Positions 29,445-38,882 of a stretch of DNA of 64,000 nucleotides are shown here, piece after piece. The stretch spans positions 22,570 to 86,569 of the forward strand of contig CAMUVS010000003.1 of assembly GCA_947164155.1 (NCBI GenBank), given 5' to 3'. The stretch comes from an uncultured Bacillales bacterium. Lineage in GTDB: Bacteria > Bacillota_I > Bacilli_A > RFN20 > CAG-826. The stretch's first letter is position 1; every line of letters begins with the position of its first letter. The notes below the pieces were generated by a model, which had not been told where the DNA came from, did not search any database, and saw nothing but the letters and a program-made list of their open reading frames with translations. The translations under genes and the position numbers were made by a program.

Positions 29445-31503
29445 TGAAATCTCCTAATCTATCAGTTAAAACATCATTTTTGAGTGAATATAAAAGTGAA
29501 TCATTATAGTCTTTAATAAATTCTTTTTGGTCCTTAAACGGCACAAAATAAGAAGCTAAATAGAAGGCAATTAAGCACATAACCGCAAATAAAATATAGG
29601 AAATTGGAGAAACTAAATCTAGATATTTGCTAATTAAACAAGTAACTAGAACCACTCCTCCTACAGAAAGTAAACCCATAAAGGAGTTTTTACTCATTCC
29701 AATTAAAGTTGGCAGATAATTTTTAAATTTCATCTTTTTAGCAACTCCAAAAATAATTGCTTCACCAACTAAAATTAATATCACGAATATTGGTAAAGTC
29801 CACTCTCCTCCTTTAATCGCCCAAGACCTATAGAAATAAAATCTTAACGCTAAATAGACGACTGGACTAGCAACAACTAAGAAATTAATAATCGATAAGA
29901 TAGTTGAAGTCTTTCGAGAATGATTTTTTGCAATACAAGAAATAATAAACGGCACAAATAAAGCGCAGATAAATAACAAAACAATAATATTGATTAAGAA
30001 ATACATCGCATGTCTATTTTCTCTAAATAATGGGAAAACAAATAAAGCAACGCTCACCGCAATTAACGCCATAAATAATTTGGCTAGAGACTTACTAATT
30101 AAGCTAGACTTCATTGGTTTTGGTTTATTAACTTCAATTACATCATCACCTAAAGTCTGATGCTTATAATGCTTCCATTTATTCATCATTGGTAAATAAA
30201 AGAACGCAGCAATTAATAAGCCTAACGTACTAGTGGTTAAAAACATAATACTTTCCATCACTGCATAGCCAAGTAAAGCTAAACCAATAATTAAGAATAT
30301 GAAGGCAAATCTCGCATCTTTTTTAATTAAGCGAATAAAGCAATATAGATAGTAAACAACAAATAAGAACAAGAAAGTTATTCCTAAAACACCGAAATTC
30401 ATTAAAGCTTGGATATAGCCAGAATGGGCAGATAAAGTAGTTATACTAGATCCTTTATAAGCGTTCCAAAATCCACCTATAATGTGATTAGCGTTTTTAA
30501 AGCCAAAGCCAAAGACGAGATTTAAAGGATGTTCACCAATATAAGATATTGAACTACTCCAAGTGAATGTTCTCATTGATAAGGTGTCGAATTTAGCGGA
30601 TGTAAAATTGAAATATAAGAATCTTAAAAATGAGGAGAAGCCTCCTAAATTATAATTGAGTCCCACCGCTAATAAGACAACAATAGAGCACATAATAGTT
30701 AAATATAATGTTAATAAAGCTATTCCTCTACCATAGTGCTTTTTAATAGTGAAAATAATCTCAATTAAGAAATAGATGCTTAAAGAAGCAAACATAATCG
30801 CTACTGCTGTTAAAGAAGCAACCACACAAGTAAAGAATCCCAAATAGAACATTGAGATATAAGAGAAAACATTCTTTTTATAGTAGTTAAGTCCAAAGCA
30901 AGAGAAGATGCCTAACAAAAGCATCAAACTATACATATTTGGATTCCAGAATATGGACTTAACGTCATAGGGCAAATTACTCGCTGTCAAATTATAAATA
31001 ATGTGGTCTGTTTCTTTAATCCAAGAATAGATTGTGGTTAATAAGCAGAAAATGATAATGATGATATAGATAATTTTAATCTTTCTAATAGAAGGGTGAT
31101 TCTTTGTGAAATAGAATAAAATCCCATAAATAGAAATTAAATAGATTGCTAAAGATAGAGTCTGAATAACTTTATCTGAGTTAGTAACACTATATTCAAA
31201 ATGCTGAACCCCATCTAATATTGCTCCTGAGAACTGCCAAATCGCGATACATCCACCCATAAAGCAGATAAGTAAAATAGACATTAAAACATAATCTAAC
31301 GTCACTTTGTTTTTGATATGTTCAATTATGAAATAGGCTAGATAACAACTTAAAGCGATAGAAAAATACATTAAAAAATGAATTTTAGATAACGGACCAA
31401 TTGGGTGAACTGATAAGAAACCAACATCCTCTAAAATCAAACAAGTCGCGATTAAAGCGACGTATAATAATATATTAGACAACGTAAATTTTAATTTACC
31501 CAT
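29425..31503 (-). CDS. Large polytopic membrane protein, O-antigen ligase/Wzy_C-like
   Basis: About 18 predicted TM helices. The loop TLSAHSGYIQALMNFGVLG resembles the Wzy_C/O-antigen ligase H..Y...E.G..G motif. Confidence 0.5.
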   Translation of the reverse strand: MGKLKFTLSNILLYVALIATCLILEDVGFLSVHPIGPLSKIHFLMYFSIALSCYLAYFIIEHIKNKVTLDYVLMSILLICFMGGCIAIWQFSGAILDGVQHFEYSVTNSDKVIQTLSLAIYLISIYGILFYFTKNHPSIRKIKIIYIIIIIFCLLTTIYSWIKETDHIIYNLTASNLPYDVKSIFWNPNMYSLMLLLGIFSCFGLNYYKKNVFSYISMFYLGFFTCVVASLTAVAIMFASLSIYFLIEIIFTIKKHYGRGIALLTLYLTIMCSIVVLLAVGLNYNLGGFSSFLRFLYFNFTSAKFDTLSMRTFTWSSSISYIGEHPLNLVFGFGFKNANHIIGGFWNAYKGSSITTLSAHSGYIQALMNFGVLGITFLFLFVVYYLYCFIRLIKKDARFAFIFLIIGLALLGYAVMESIMFLTTSTLGLLIAAFFYLPMMNKWKHYKHQTLGDDVIEVNKPKPMKSSLISKSLAKLFMALIAVSVALFVFPLFRENRHAMYFLINIIVLLFICALFVPFIISCIAKNHSRKTSTILSIINFLVVASPVVYLALRFYFYRSWAIKGGEWTLPIFVILILVGEAIIFGVAKKMKFKNYLPTLIGMSKNSFMGLLSVGGVVLVTCLISKYLDLVSPISYILFAVMCLIAFYLASYFVPFKDQKEFIKDYNDSLLYSLKNDVLTDRLGDFNEKRRD

Positions 31504-31583
31504 TTGAATATGATTATAATGACTAGATGTCTAATTGTCTAATTATTATTAAATAATTCTCTAATTAGATAGATTATGTTAAA

Positions 31584-31620
31584 GCAAAAAAAGAAGCGTT
31601 AAGGGGGATTAACGCTTCTA
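31584..31620 (-). terminator. Rho-independent terminator after carD
   Basis: Minus-strand RNA is AGAAGCGUUAA-uccccc-UUAACGCUUCU followed by UUUUUUUGC. Confidence 0.75.
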
Positions 31621-31645
31621 AGGGGATTTATAAGATACTAAAATC

Positions 31646-32131
31646 TTATACAATTAATTGGGTGACAACTTCTTCTACTTTTTCTCTATCACACTTGAAG
31701 GAGATTGCGAATTCATCAAATAAAATTGATTCTGCGTCTTTTAACATTTGTAAATCAGTAGGGCCTAATTTTACAAGTTGTCCATGAGAGTTGTAATAAT
31801 TGAAGAAATATAATTGTCTAGATAAGTAGGCGAGATCATAGACATTACCGCTTAAAAGCTTTTTCTTATACAAATCTCTTCTTTGTTTAGTGTTGCTGAT
31901 AAATCCAGCTTCAACGGTCTTCATATAGTTAATGACTTCTTTAGCCTCAGTCTCATTCATCACTGGACGAATGATATTTTCAGTTCGTGATTTTAAAACG
32001 TAAATATTTTCTTTTGGATTTTTACGTGAGACAATCACGAAATATTGGTTTCCAGCGATCTCAGTTTCTCCGACAATCTTGGAAAGTCCTTCTCGGCAAT
32101 GAACAACAATTTCATTAACTTTGAATTCCAT
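31646..32131 (-). CDS. carD: CarD/CdnL-family RNA polymerase-binding transcription factor
   Basis: MEFKVNEIVVHCREGLSKIVG is the Tudor-like CarD_TRCF N-domain. 161 aa. Confidence 0.8.
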   Translation of the reverse strand: MEFKVNEIVVHCREGLSKIVGETEIAGNQYFVIVSRKNPKENIYVLKSRTENIIRPVMNETEAKEVINYMKTVEAGFISNTKQRRDLYKKKLLSGNVYDLAYLSRQLYFFNYYNSHGQLVKLGPTDLQMLKDAESILFDEFAISFKCDREKVEEVVTQLIV

Positions 32132-32258
32132 GACATAATTATGCCAAAAAAATAGCGTTTTTTCAATTACTTTTTTTAACCAAATTTTGAAAAGTATTGA
32201 TGTATTCTATATTTTTTTGATGTTTTTGATTGACTTAAATATACTACATTTTGAATAT

Positions 32259-32284
32259 AAAAAGGCCTAATTTGTTTAGGCCTA
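32259..32284 (-). terminator. Rho-independent terminator after glgP
   Basis: Minus-strand RNA is UUAGGCCUAA-acaaa-UUAGGCCUUUUAUAUU. Confidence 0.65.
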
Positions 32285-32309
32285 ATGTGAGTTTTTTTTA
32301 AATTACAGA

Positions 32310-34715
32310 CTACGCAATTTTTGGTAACTTCCAAATATCTTTAACGTAAGATTCAATGGTGCGGTCACTAGAGAAGAATCCACTACTAGCGATATTGATT
32401 AAACACATAGTAGCCCATTTATCTTTATCTTGATATAGGCTAGAAGCTTTTTCTTGGGCTTCGATATAGCTTGGTAAATCTTTTAAGATAAAGTATTGGT
32501 CGTTATTATTCATAATCTCATCAAAGATCATTCTAAATTTATCTGGTCTATAACTTGTCCATTCACCTTCGAACAAAGAATCCATAATCGCTTTAATTCT
32601 AGAATCTGAATTATACATATCCCAAGGAGAATATCCACCTGTACGATTAAATTCTTCTACTTCTTCATTTTTAAGACCAAAGATTACTTCGTTTTCTTCT
32701 CCTGCTAAATCAACGATTTCAATATTTGCTCCATCTAAAGTTCCTAAAGTAATGGCTCCATTCATCATAAATTTCATATTACTAGTGCCACTAGCTTCTT
32801 TTCCAGCAGTAGAGATTTGTTCAGAAATATCAGCAGCAGGAATAATTAATTCCGCTAAGGAGACACCATAATTTTCAATAAAGACAACTTTTAAATATTT
32901 AGAAATATCTGGGTCATTATTAACAACCTTAGCAACCGCTAAAATTAATTCGATAATCTTTTTAGCGTAGGTATAACTTGGTGCAGCTTTCGCCCCAAAT
33001 ATATAAGTATGAGGATAGATTCTGAAGTTAGGATCAGACTTCATTCTTTGATATAAGTAAATAATATGGAAGACATTCATTAATTGTCTCTTATAAGCGT
33101 GTAACCGCTTGACTTGAACATCAAAGATTGAATTCACATCAACGTCAATGCCGTTATGTTCTTTGATGTATTTAGCGAGTTTCTTTTTGTTTTCGAGTTT
33201 GATGTCTTGGAATTCTTTGATGACTTTCTTATCGGTCGCATATTTCTTAAATTCAGAAATCTTCGACATATCAGTAATCCATTTATCTCCAATTTTAGAG
33301 GTGATTAAATCCGCTAATCTTGGATCGGAATTAAGTAACCATCTACGATGGGTGACACCGTTCGTTTTATTATTAAATTTCTCAGGCATATATTTATAAA
33401 ATTCTTTAAATGTATTAGCCTTTAAAATTTCTGTATGTAAAGCAGCAACTCCGTTCACTGAGAAAGCGGTATAAATCGCTAAATTAGTCATATGAATTTG
33501 TCCGTCTTTAATAATATTCATCGCGTAGCGATCCCAGTCAGGAACTCCAGCGTTATTCATTTCAATATTAAATCTACGGTTAATTTCTTCAATGATCATG
33601 AAGATACGTGGAATTAAAGTTTGCACATAAGTAATAGGCCACTTCTCTAAAGCTTCCACCATAACAGTGTGATTAGTGTAGGCCATACATTGAGTAACTT
33701 CTTCCCAAGCTTCTGCCCATTCCATATCGTATTCATCAAGCATGATTCTCATCATTTCAGGAATCGCTAAAATTGGGTGAGTGTCATTTAATTGGAAGAC
33801 ATATTTTTGGTGAATTCCTTTTAAAGTGCCGTGATGTCTATAATAAGAATCTAAGGCGCTTTGTAAACCAGCAGAGACCAAGAAATATTGTTGTCTAAGT
33901 CTTAAAATACGTCCTGATTCAGTTGAATCATCTGGGTATAAGCCGTGGCATAACTCTTCTAAAGCGTTACAGTATTCTTTAAAAGGCATGTTCTTTGGTA
34001 AAGAATGATTACTTGGCTCAGCGTTCCAAAGTCTTAAAGTATTAGTGACATTATTTCTATAACCAATAACTGGCATATCATATGGGACTGCTCTAATGCA
34101 AACTGCATCCGCGATTCTAATACCGTAAGTTCCATCTTTCTTTTGATAAGATTCTGGGTGTCCATAGAATTTAACTTCTACCGCGTATTTAGAACGTCTA
34201 ACTTCCCAAACATTACCGTTAACTAACCATTGATCAGGTAATTCGACTTGTTTACCGTCTTTAATTCTTTGACGGAAGAAGCCGTATTCATAACGAATAC
34301 AGTTACCATTACCGATATAGCCTAAAGAAGCAATAGAATCTAGAAAACAGGCAGCAAGTCGGCCTAAACCACCATTACCAAGTCCAGCGTCGCTTTCTTC
34401 ATCTTCTAAGGCATTAATATCGATGCCTAATTCTTCTAATCCTTCTTTGACCATTTTATATAAGCCAAGGTTTTGGATATTGTTATTAAGCATTCTACCC
34501 ATTAAAAATTCCATCGAGAAATAAATTAAAACTTTCTTTCCCTTGGTCGTACTTTCTAAGTGTGTATTATTCCAGTCAACGTTCGCGTAATCTCTAATCA
34601 TTTCGCCTAAGATAGTGTATTGTTCATTAACTCCACTATCTTTGACTTCAACTCCATAACGTTGAAGTAAACGATCTTGAAATTCCTTCTTAAAATTTTG
34701 TTTGCTACTAAACAT
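32310..34715 (-). CDS. glgP: Glycogen/maltodextrin phosphorylase (GT35)
   Basis: PLP-lysine block EASGTSNMKFMMNGA, LGNGGLGRLAACFLDS and NDTHP. The start was set to MFSSKQNF after AATAGGAGGTTTACT. Confidence 0.93.
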   Translation of the reverse strand: MFSSKQNFKKEFQDRLLQRYGVEVKDSGVNEQYTILGEMIRDYANVDWNNTHLESTTKGKKVLIYFSMEFLMGRMLNNNIQNLGLYKMVKEGLEELGIDINALEDEESDAGLGNGGLGRLAACFLDSIASLGYIGNGNCIRYEYGFFRQRIKDGKQVELPDQWLVNGNVWEVRRSKYAVEVKFYGHPESYQKKDGTYGIRIADAVCIRAVPYDMPVIGYRNNVTNTLRLWNAEPSNHSLPKNMPFKEYCNALEELCHGLYPDDSTESGRILRLRQQYFLVSAGLQSALDSYYRHHGTLKGIHQKYVFQLNDTHPILAIPEMMRIMLDEYDMEWAEAWEEVTQCMAYTNHTVMVEALEKWPITYVQTLIPRIFMIIEEINRRFNIEMNNAGVPDWDRYAMNIIKDGQIHMTNLAIYTAFSVNGVAALHTEILKANTFKEFYKYMPEKFNNKTNGVTHRRWLLNSDPRLADLITSKIGDKWITDMSKISEFKKYATDKKVIKEFQDIKLENKKKLAKYIKEHNGIDVDVNSIFDVQVKRLHAYKRQLMNVFHIIYLYQRMKSDPNFRIYPHTYIFGAKAAPSYTYAKKIIELILAVAKVVNNDPDISKYLKVVFIENYGVSLAELIIPAADISEQISTAGKEASGTSNMKFMMNGAITLGTLDGANIEIVDLAGEENEVIFGLKNEEVEEFNRTGGYSPWDMYNSDSRIKAIMDSLFEGEWTSYRPDKFRMIFDEIMNNNDQYFILKDLPSYIEAQEKASSLYQDKDKWATMCLINIASSGFFSSDRTIESYVKDIWKLPKIA

Positions 34716-34746
34716 AGTAAACCTCCTATTTATAATAAATAAATTA

Positions 34747-36561
34747 TTATTTTCTTCTTTCTTTAAGTTTAAAGATACATGCTCCCATAGAAGCAAGTTT
34801 GATATTTAAATAGCCGTAGAAAGTATTTATTGGGCCACCATTATATTGGTTTGCACCACCATAAATATCTTTATCGCTATTAAAGATTTCTTCATATATT
34901 CCTTCTACTTCCACAGGAATTCCGAAGTTATCATAGTAATTTGTAGTCATATTAAAGACAAAGATTAAAACTTCATCATCCACTCTACGAGTGAAAGCAA
35001 AAACACTATCGACGTTATTATCAACAATTAACCACTTAAATCTTTCTGGGTTGTGTTCTTGATAATACATTGCTTTATGCGCTCTATAGATTAAGTTTAA
35101 GTCTTTATATAATCTAGAAATTGAATCATGAGCAGGGAACGCTTTAGATTCCCAAGGTAATGATTTATTTTCATTCCATTCATCAAAGCTCGCAAAGTCA
35201 TTACCCATGAAGTTAAGTTTCTTACCTGGATGAGCGAATTGATAAGTAACTAAGTTTCTTAGAAACGCAAATTTTTGATAATAGTCACCCCACATCTTAT
35301 TGAGTAAAGTGCCTTTACCGTGCACTACTTCATCATGAGAAAATGGAAGCATAAAATTATCACTATAGAAATAAGCCATAGAGAAAGTAAGTTTATTATG
35401 CTCATATTTCTTATAGATTGGGTCTAATGCGTAATACTTTAAAGTATCATTCATCCAGCCTAAATCCCATTTATAGTCAAACCCTAAGCCGTCTTGTTCA
35501 GTGGCTCTAGTAACTCCTGGGAAATCACTACTATCTTCGGCAATCATCATTACTTGGTCATGATATAAATGCATCTTGCCGTTAAGACGTTTAATAAATT
35601 CAATCGCTCCTTCATTACGACCGTCATTCTTATTGCCGTTCCAGAAGATTAAATTGCTAACTGCATCAATTCTAATGCCGTCAGCATGAAAATATTCAAC
35701 AAAATAATTAACCGCACTCATTAAGAAGGATCTCACTGGATCTTTTCCTAAATCAAATTGATAGCTTCCCCAAGGGGAAACACGGTGCTCATTATTGTAT
35801 TCAAATAAATATCCACCATCATAATTAGCTAATGCCCAACTATCAGTGGCAAAATGTACTGGAGCAAAATCAACGATAATGCCAATACCTTCTTGATGGA
35901 GTCTATCCACTAAAGACATAAATTGATAAGGATTACCGTATCTAGGGTCAATTGAGAAGAAGCCAGTAGCTTGATAGCCCCAGCTACCAGTAAATGGATG
36001 AGCGACGACCGGCATCACTTCAATATGGGTATAACCCATACCTTTAATATATGGGATTAATTCATCAGCGATTTCTTCATAAGATGAGAATCTATCTCCA
36101 TGGTTTTTAAGCCAACTTCCTAAATGCATTTCATAAATGGATACTGGTTTATCAAAGTTTCTGTCTCTACCTTTTAAGAATTTTTTATCATGCCAGGCAA
36201 AGTCTTCAATATTGAATGTTCTACTACAAGTATTTGGGGCGATTTCGCAAAAGAAGGCGTATGGGTCAATCTTATCAACGTATTCTCCTTGAGCGTTTTT
36301 AAAATGATATTTATATGATTGATAGTTTGTTGCTCCTGGCACAAATACTTCCCAGACTCCACAGCTATCAACCTTATTCATTTTGTGAGAATAAATATCC
36401 CAGTTATTAAAATCCCCAATAACCGAAACATCATCCGCACATGGAGCGTATAGTCTAAAAACGACACCATCAACTCCGTCTTGTTTAACAAAGTGCGCAC
36501 CAAAATATTTGTAGGCATCAATACTTTGGCCCATTAAGTAGTTAGAAAAATCATATCCCAT
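34747..36561 (-). CDS. glgB: 1,4-alpha-glucan branching enzyme (GH13_9 with CBM48)
   Basis: GH13 regions DFAPVHF, GIRIDAVSN, IAEDSS and FSHDEVVHGKG. 604 aa. Confidence 0.9.
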   Translation of the reverse strand: MGYDFSNYLMGQSIDAYKYFGAHFVKQDGVDGVVFRLYAPCADDVSVIGDFNNWDIYSHKMNKVDSCGVWEVFVPGATNYQSYKYHFKNAQGEYVDKIDPYAFFCEIAPNTCSRTFNIEDFAWHDKKFLKGRDRNFDKPVSIYEMHLGSWLKNHGDRFSSYEEIADELIPYIKGMGYTHIEVMPVVAHPFTGSWGYQATGFFSIDPRYGNPYQFMSLVDRLHQEGIGIIVDFAPVHFATDSWALANYDGGYLFEYNNEHRVSPWGSYQFDLGKDPVRSFLMSAVNYFVEYFHADGIRIDAVSNLIFWNGNKNDGRNEGAIEFIKRLNGKMHLYHDQVMMIAEDSSDFPGVTRATEQDGLGFDYKWDLGWMNDTLKYYALDPIYKKYEHNKLTFSMAYFYSDNFMLPFSHDEVVHGKGTLLNKMWGDYYQKFAFLRNLVTYQFAHPGKKLNFMGNDFASFDEWNENKSLPWESKAFPAHDSISRLYKDLNLIYRAHKAMYYQEHNPERFKWLIVDNNVDSVFAFTRRVDDEVLIFVFNMTTNYYDNFGIPVEVEGIYEEIFNSDKDIYGGANQYNGGPINTFYGYLNIKLASMGACIFKLKERRK

Positions 36562-36684
36562 AAAAAATCACCTTACTAATTATATAATATGCTTCTTATT
36601 TTTTTAATAAAAATAATATGAAAGTATATATCTATAGAACAAACTAGATGCGCTTATTTTATAAGTATAAAATACCAGTGAACT

Positions 36685-36817
36685 TATGCAAAAAATGCAT
36701 AGGTTGGGTTTGGTCGAAAATTTCAGCGGAACAAGTTTGTACAAAAAATGTATCAACTAAAGAACAAGTGCGGAAAACGCATTGGTTTGATTAAAGTATG
36801 ATTGCAAAAAATGCAAT
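36685..36817. promoter_or_regulatory. Three T(G/A)CA-N5-TG(C/T)A palindromic sites upstream of glgB (candidate operator set)
   Basis: tATGCAaaaaaTGCAT at 36685-36700, tTGTACAaaaaaTGTAT at 36737-36753 and ATTGCAaaaaaTGCAAT at 36801-36817. All lie in the 325-nt malQ-glgB spacer. Confidence 0.5.
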
Positions 36818-36845
36818 CGTAGTAATTTTAGGGGGCGCAATTTAG

Positions 36846-36879
36846 TAAAAAAGAGTTGCCAAGGAATGCATGGCAACTC
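36846..36879 (-). terminator. Rho-independent terminator after malQ
   Basis: Minus-strand RNA is GAGUUGCCA-ugcauuccu-UGGCAACUC (perfect 9-bp stem) followed by UUUUUUAC. Confidence 0.75.
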
Positions 36880-36886
36880 ATATATA

Positions 36887-38317
36887 CTATTTAAACCATT
36901 TATAATCTGGATATTTAATTCTCTTAGTCCAGTTATGATCTTTAAGTTTCCATTCCCAGTTAGGGGATCCTACTGTTCCTGGATAATTCATTCTCGCTCT
37001 ATTATCTAACTTCAATAAATCTTGAAGTGGGAAAATAGTCATTAAAGATGGAATAGTGAATATATATTTCACTATCTCATCATATAATTTCTTATCATTA
37101 GTGACCCCTAATCTTCTTTTAATAAAGGCCTTTTGGTCTTCATTAAGATTTAAGAACCAACCATATAAAGTTTCATTATCGTGAGTTCCTGGATAGACAA
37201 TTTGTCTATTAGTGCTTTCATTATTTAAATCAAAGATCGTGAATTCACTAATAAACATCCCTGGAAGATTAAATCGATCTCTAAGCTCTAATACTTCAGG
37301 TCTTAAATCACCTAAATCTTCCGCGATTAATTGAGTGTTAGGATATTTCTGATATAAAGCATTAAAAAATTCGTCTTGAGGTCCAATTTTCCATTCACCG
37401 ATTCTTGCATCAGTCGCGTCTCCTGGAATCACATAATATGTATCAAAGGCTCTAAAATGGTCAATTCTAAGTAAGTCACATAAATTCATTAAATAGCCGA
37501 CACGGTCCACTAATAACTTATAGTTATCTTCTTTCATTTTTTCAAAGTTATAAATTGGAGTACCCCAAAGTTGACCAACATCACTAAAAGCGTCAGGGCC
37601 TACTCCACCTACTTCAAATAATTTGTTATCTGGACCAATAGAGAATTGATCTCTATTAAGCCAACATTCAACCCCGTCAAAGCCAACATAGAACGGCATA
37701 TCGCAAATGACCTTAATGCCTTTTCTTTTCGCATAACTTAAAACATGTTTCCACTGCTTTAAAGCCACGTACTGCATAAATATAACAAAATTAATTTCAT
37801 CTAATAATTTTACAGGTGGACAAGTATGAGTGAGATAGTAATCTCTATCTTCTGCTCTCCACTCATTCCACTGCTTATTATCGTTATGCCATTTGAATAC
37901 TTCAAATGTCGCATAAGGCATTACCCATTTATTTCTCACTTTAAATTTATGAAGTGTTTCTGGTTGTTTCTTCATAAATTTCTTATAAGCAAGATATAAA
38001 TATTTCTTCTTATATTCACCAACATTATAGAAATCAACACTACTAGTATGTTCTAAATAAGCAGGCACTCTTTTAATTAAGCCTTGTTTAGTTAAATAAT
38101 CTAAAGAGATATATCTAAACTCTAAAGCATTAGAGCAAGTAGACATATATGGAGAATATCCTGGCCCTAATGGGTTAAGAGGAAGAACTTGCCAATATTG
38201 ATATTTATTCTTATGTAACCAATCGATGAATTTATAACATTCATCACCAAAATCACCAATGCCGTGTCTAGAAGGAAGAGAAGACACCGCAAGTAAAACA
38301 CCTAATTTCTTATTCAT
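36887..38317 (-). CDS. malQ: 4-alpha-glucanotransferase (amylomaltase, GH77)
   Basis: LRIDHFRAF, PGTHDNET and GSPNWEW motifs. 476 aa. Confidence 0.9.
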   Translation of the reverse strand: MNKKLGVLLAVSSLPSRHGIGDFGDECYKFIDWLHKNKYQYWQVLPLNPLGPGYSPYMSTCSNALEFRYISLDYLTKQGLIKRVPAYLEHTSSVDFYNVGEYKKKYLYLAYKKFMKKQPETLHKFKVRNKWVMPYATFEVFKWHNDNKQWNEWRAEDRDYYLTHTCPPVKLLDEINFVIFMQYVALKQWKHVLSYAKRKGIKVICDMPFYVGFDGVECWLNRDQFSIGPDNKLFEVGGVGPDAFSDVGQLWGTPIYNFEKMKEDNYKLLVDRVGYLMNLCDLLRIDHFRAFDTYYVIPGDATDARIGEWKIGPQDEFFNALYQKYPNTQLIAEDLGDLRPEVLELRDRFNLPGMFISEFTIFDLNNESTNRQIVYPGTHDNETLYGWFLNLNEDQKAFIKRRLGVTNDKKLYDEIVKYIFTIPSLMTIFPLQDLLKLDNRARMNYPGTVGSPNWEWKLKDHNWTKRIKYPDYKWFK

Positions 38318-38391
38318 AATATATTCATATATCCTTATTTATAAAATAATATTAATTCTATTTATTAATAATATCAATATGATTGGGACAA

Positions 38392-38423
38392 AAAATATAA
38401 AAGGCAGCCCATATAGGACTGCC
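38392..38423 (-). terminator. Probable terminator after the 74-aa ORF
   Basis: Minus-strand RNA is GGCAGUCC-uauau-GGGCUGCC followed by UUUUAUAUUUUUU. Confidence 0.55.
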
Positions 38424-38449
38424 AAGTTATAGTAATCACTTGCTATATA

Positions 38450-38674
38450 TTAATTACGAGTGATGATGAAACGGTTGTTGAAGTTACAGTAATATTCAAT
38501 GGAATGCTTATTATCGTTCACTGAATATTCATCATTGACTTGTAAATTATAGAGATAATGTTCCTCATAGTAATCAAACATATAGTTAATAGCTTCGGTT
38601 CTAGAGGCGAACATTGACCTCTTAAGTTTAACAGGTCTTCCCTGAACAATCGCTTCAAGGGTATAGTATTTCAT
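38450..38674 (-). CDS. Hypothetical 74-aa cytoplasmic protein, Tyr/Asn-rich
   Basis: Monocistronic ORF with its own candidate promoter (TTGACT-16-TAGAAT at about 38741-38768), RBS GAGAGG and terminator. No family recognised. Confidence 0.45.
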   Translation of the reverse strand: MKYYTLEAIVQGRPVKLKRSMFASRTEAINYMFDYYEEHYLYNLQVNDEYSVNDNKHSIEYYCNFNNRFIITRN

Positions 38675-38839
38675 TTGTATTACCTCTCTTTCAGTAGTTT
38701 ATCGTCGTGCTTAGGACGAGAGGTCTTACCAATGAAGAACATTATTCTAGTCCTTTTTATAAAATAGTCAATAGGAATACAAAAGAATTTTATCTATAAA
38801 TAGATAACATATAATTTTATAAAAAATATTTTTCAATTT

Positions 38840-38864
38840 AAAAGCGATCCAAATGGACCGCTTA
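38840..38864 (-). terminator. Terminator after the 381-aa surface protein gene (member of the AAAAGCG...CCGCTTA family)
   Basis: Minus-strand RNA is AGCGGUCC-auuu-GGAUCGCU followed by UUUUAAAUUG. Confidence 0.7.
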
Positions 38865-38882
38865 TTTAATTATATTAAATAA

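Noticed and set aside
28900-29500. tmRNA (ssrA) next to smpB
   Set aside because: smpB is flanked without any spacer by folC and overlaps the Wzy-like gene. No tRNA-like acceptor/T-arm sequence (GGTTCGA-type) was seen here or elsewhere in the window.
38675-38760. Relatively GC-rich 5' UTR of the 74-aa ORF as a riboswitch
   Set aside because: Only a short hairpin (UCGUC...GACGA) is visible, and I could not match it to any riboswitch class I know. The evidence is insufficient to call it.
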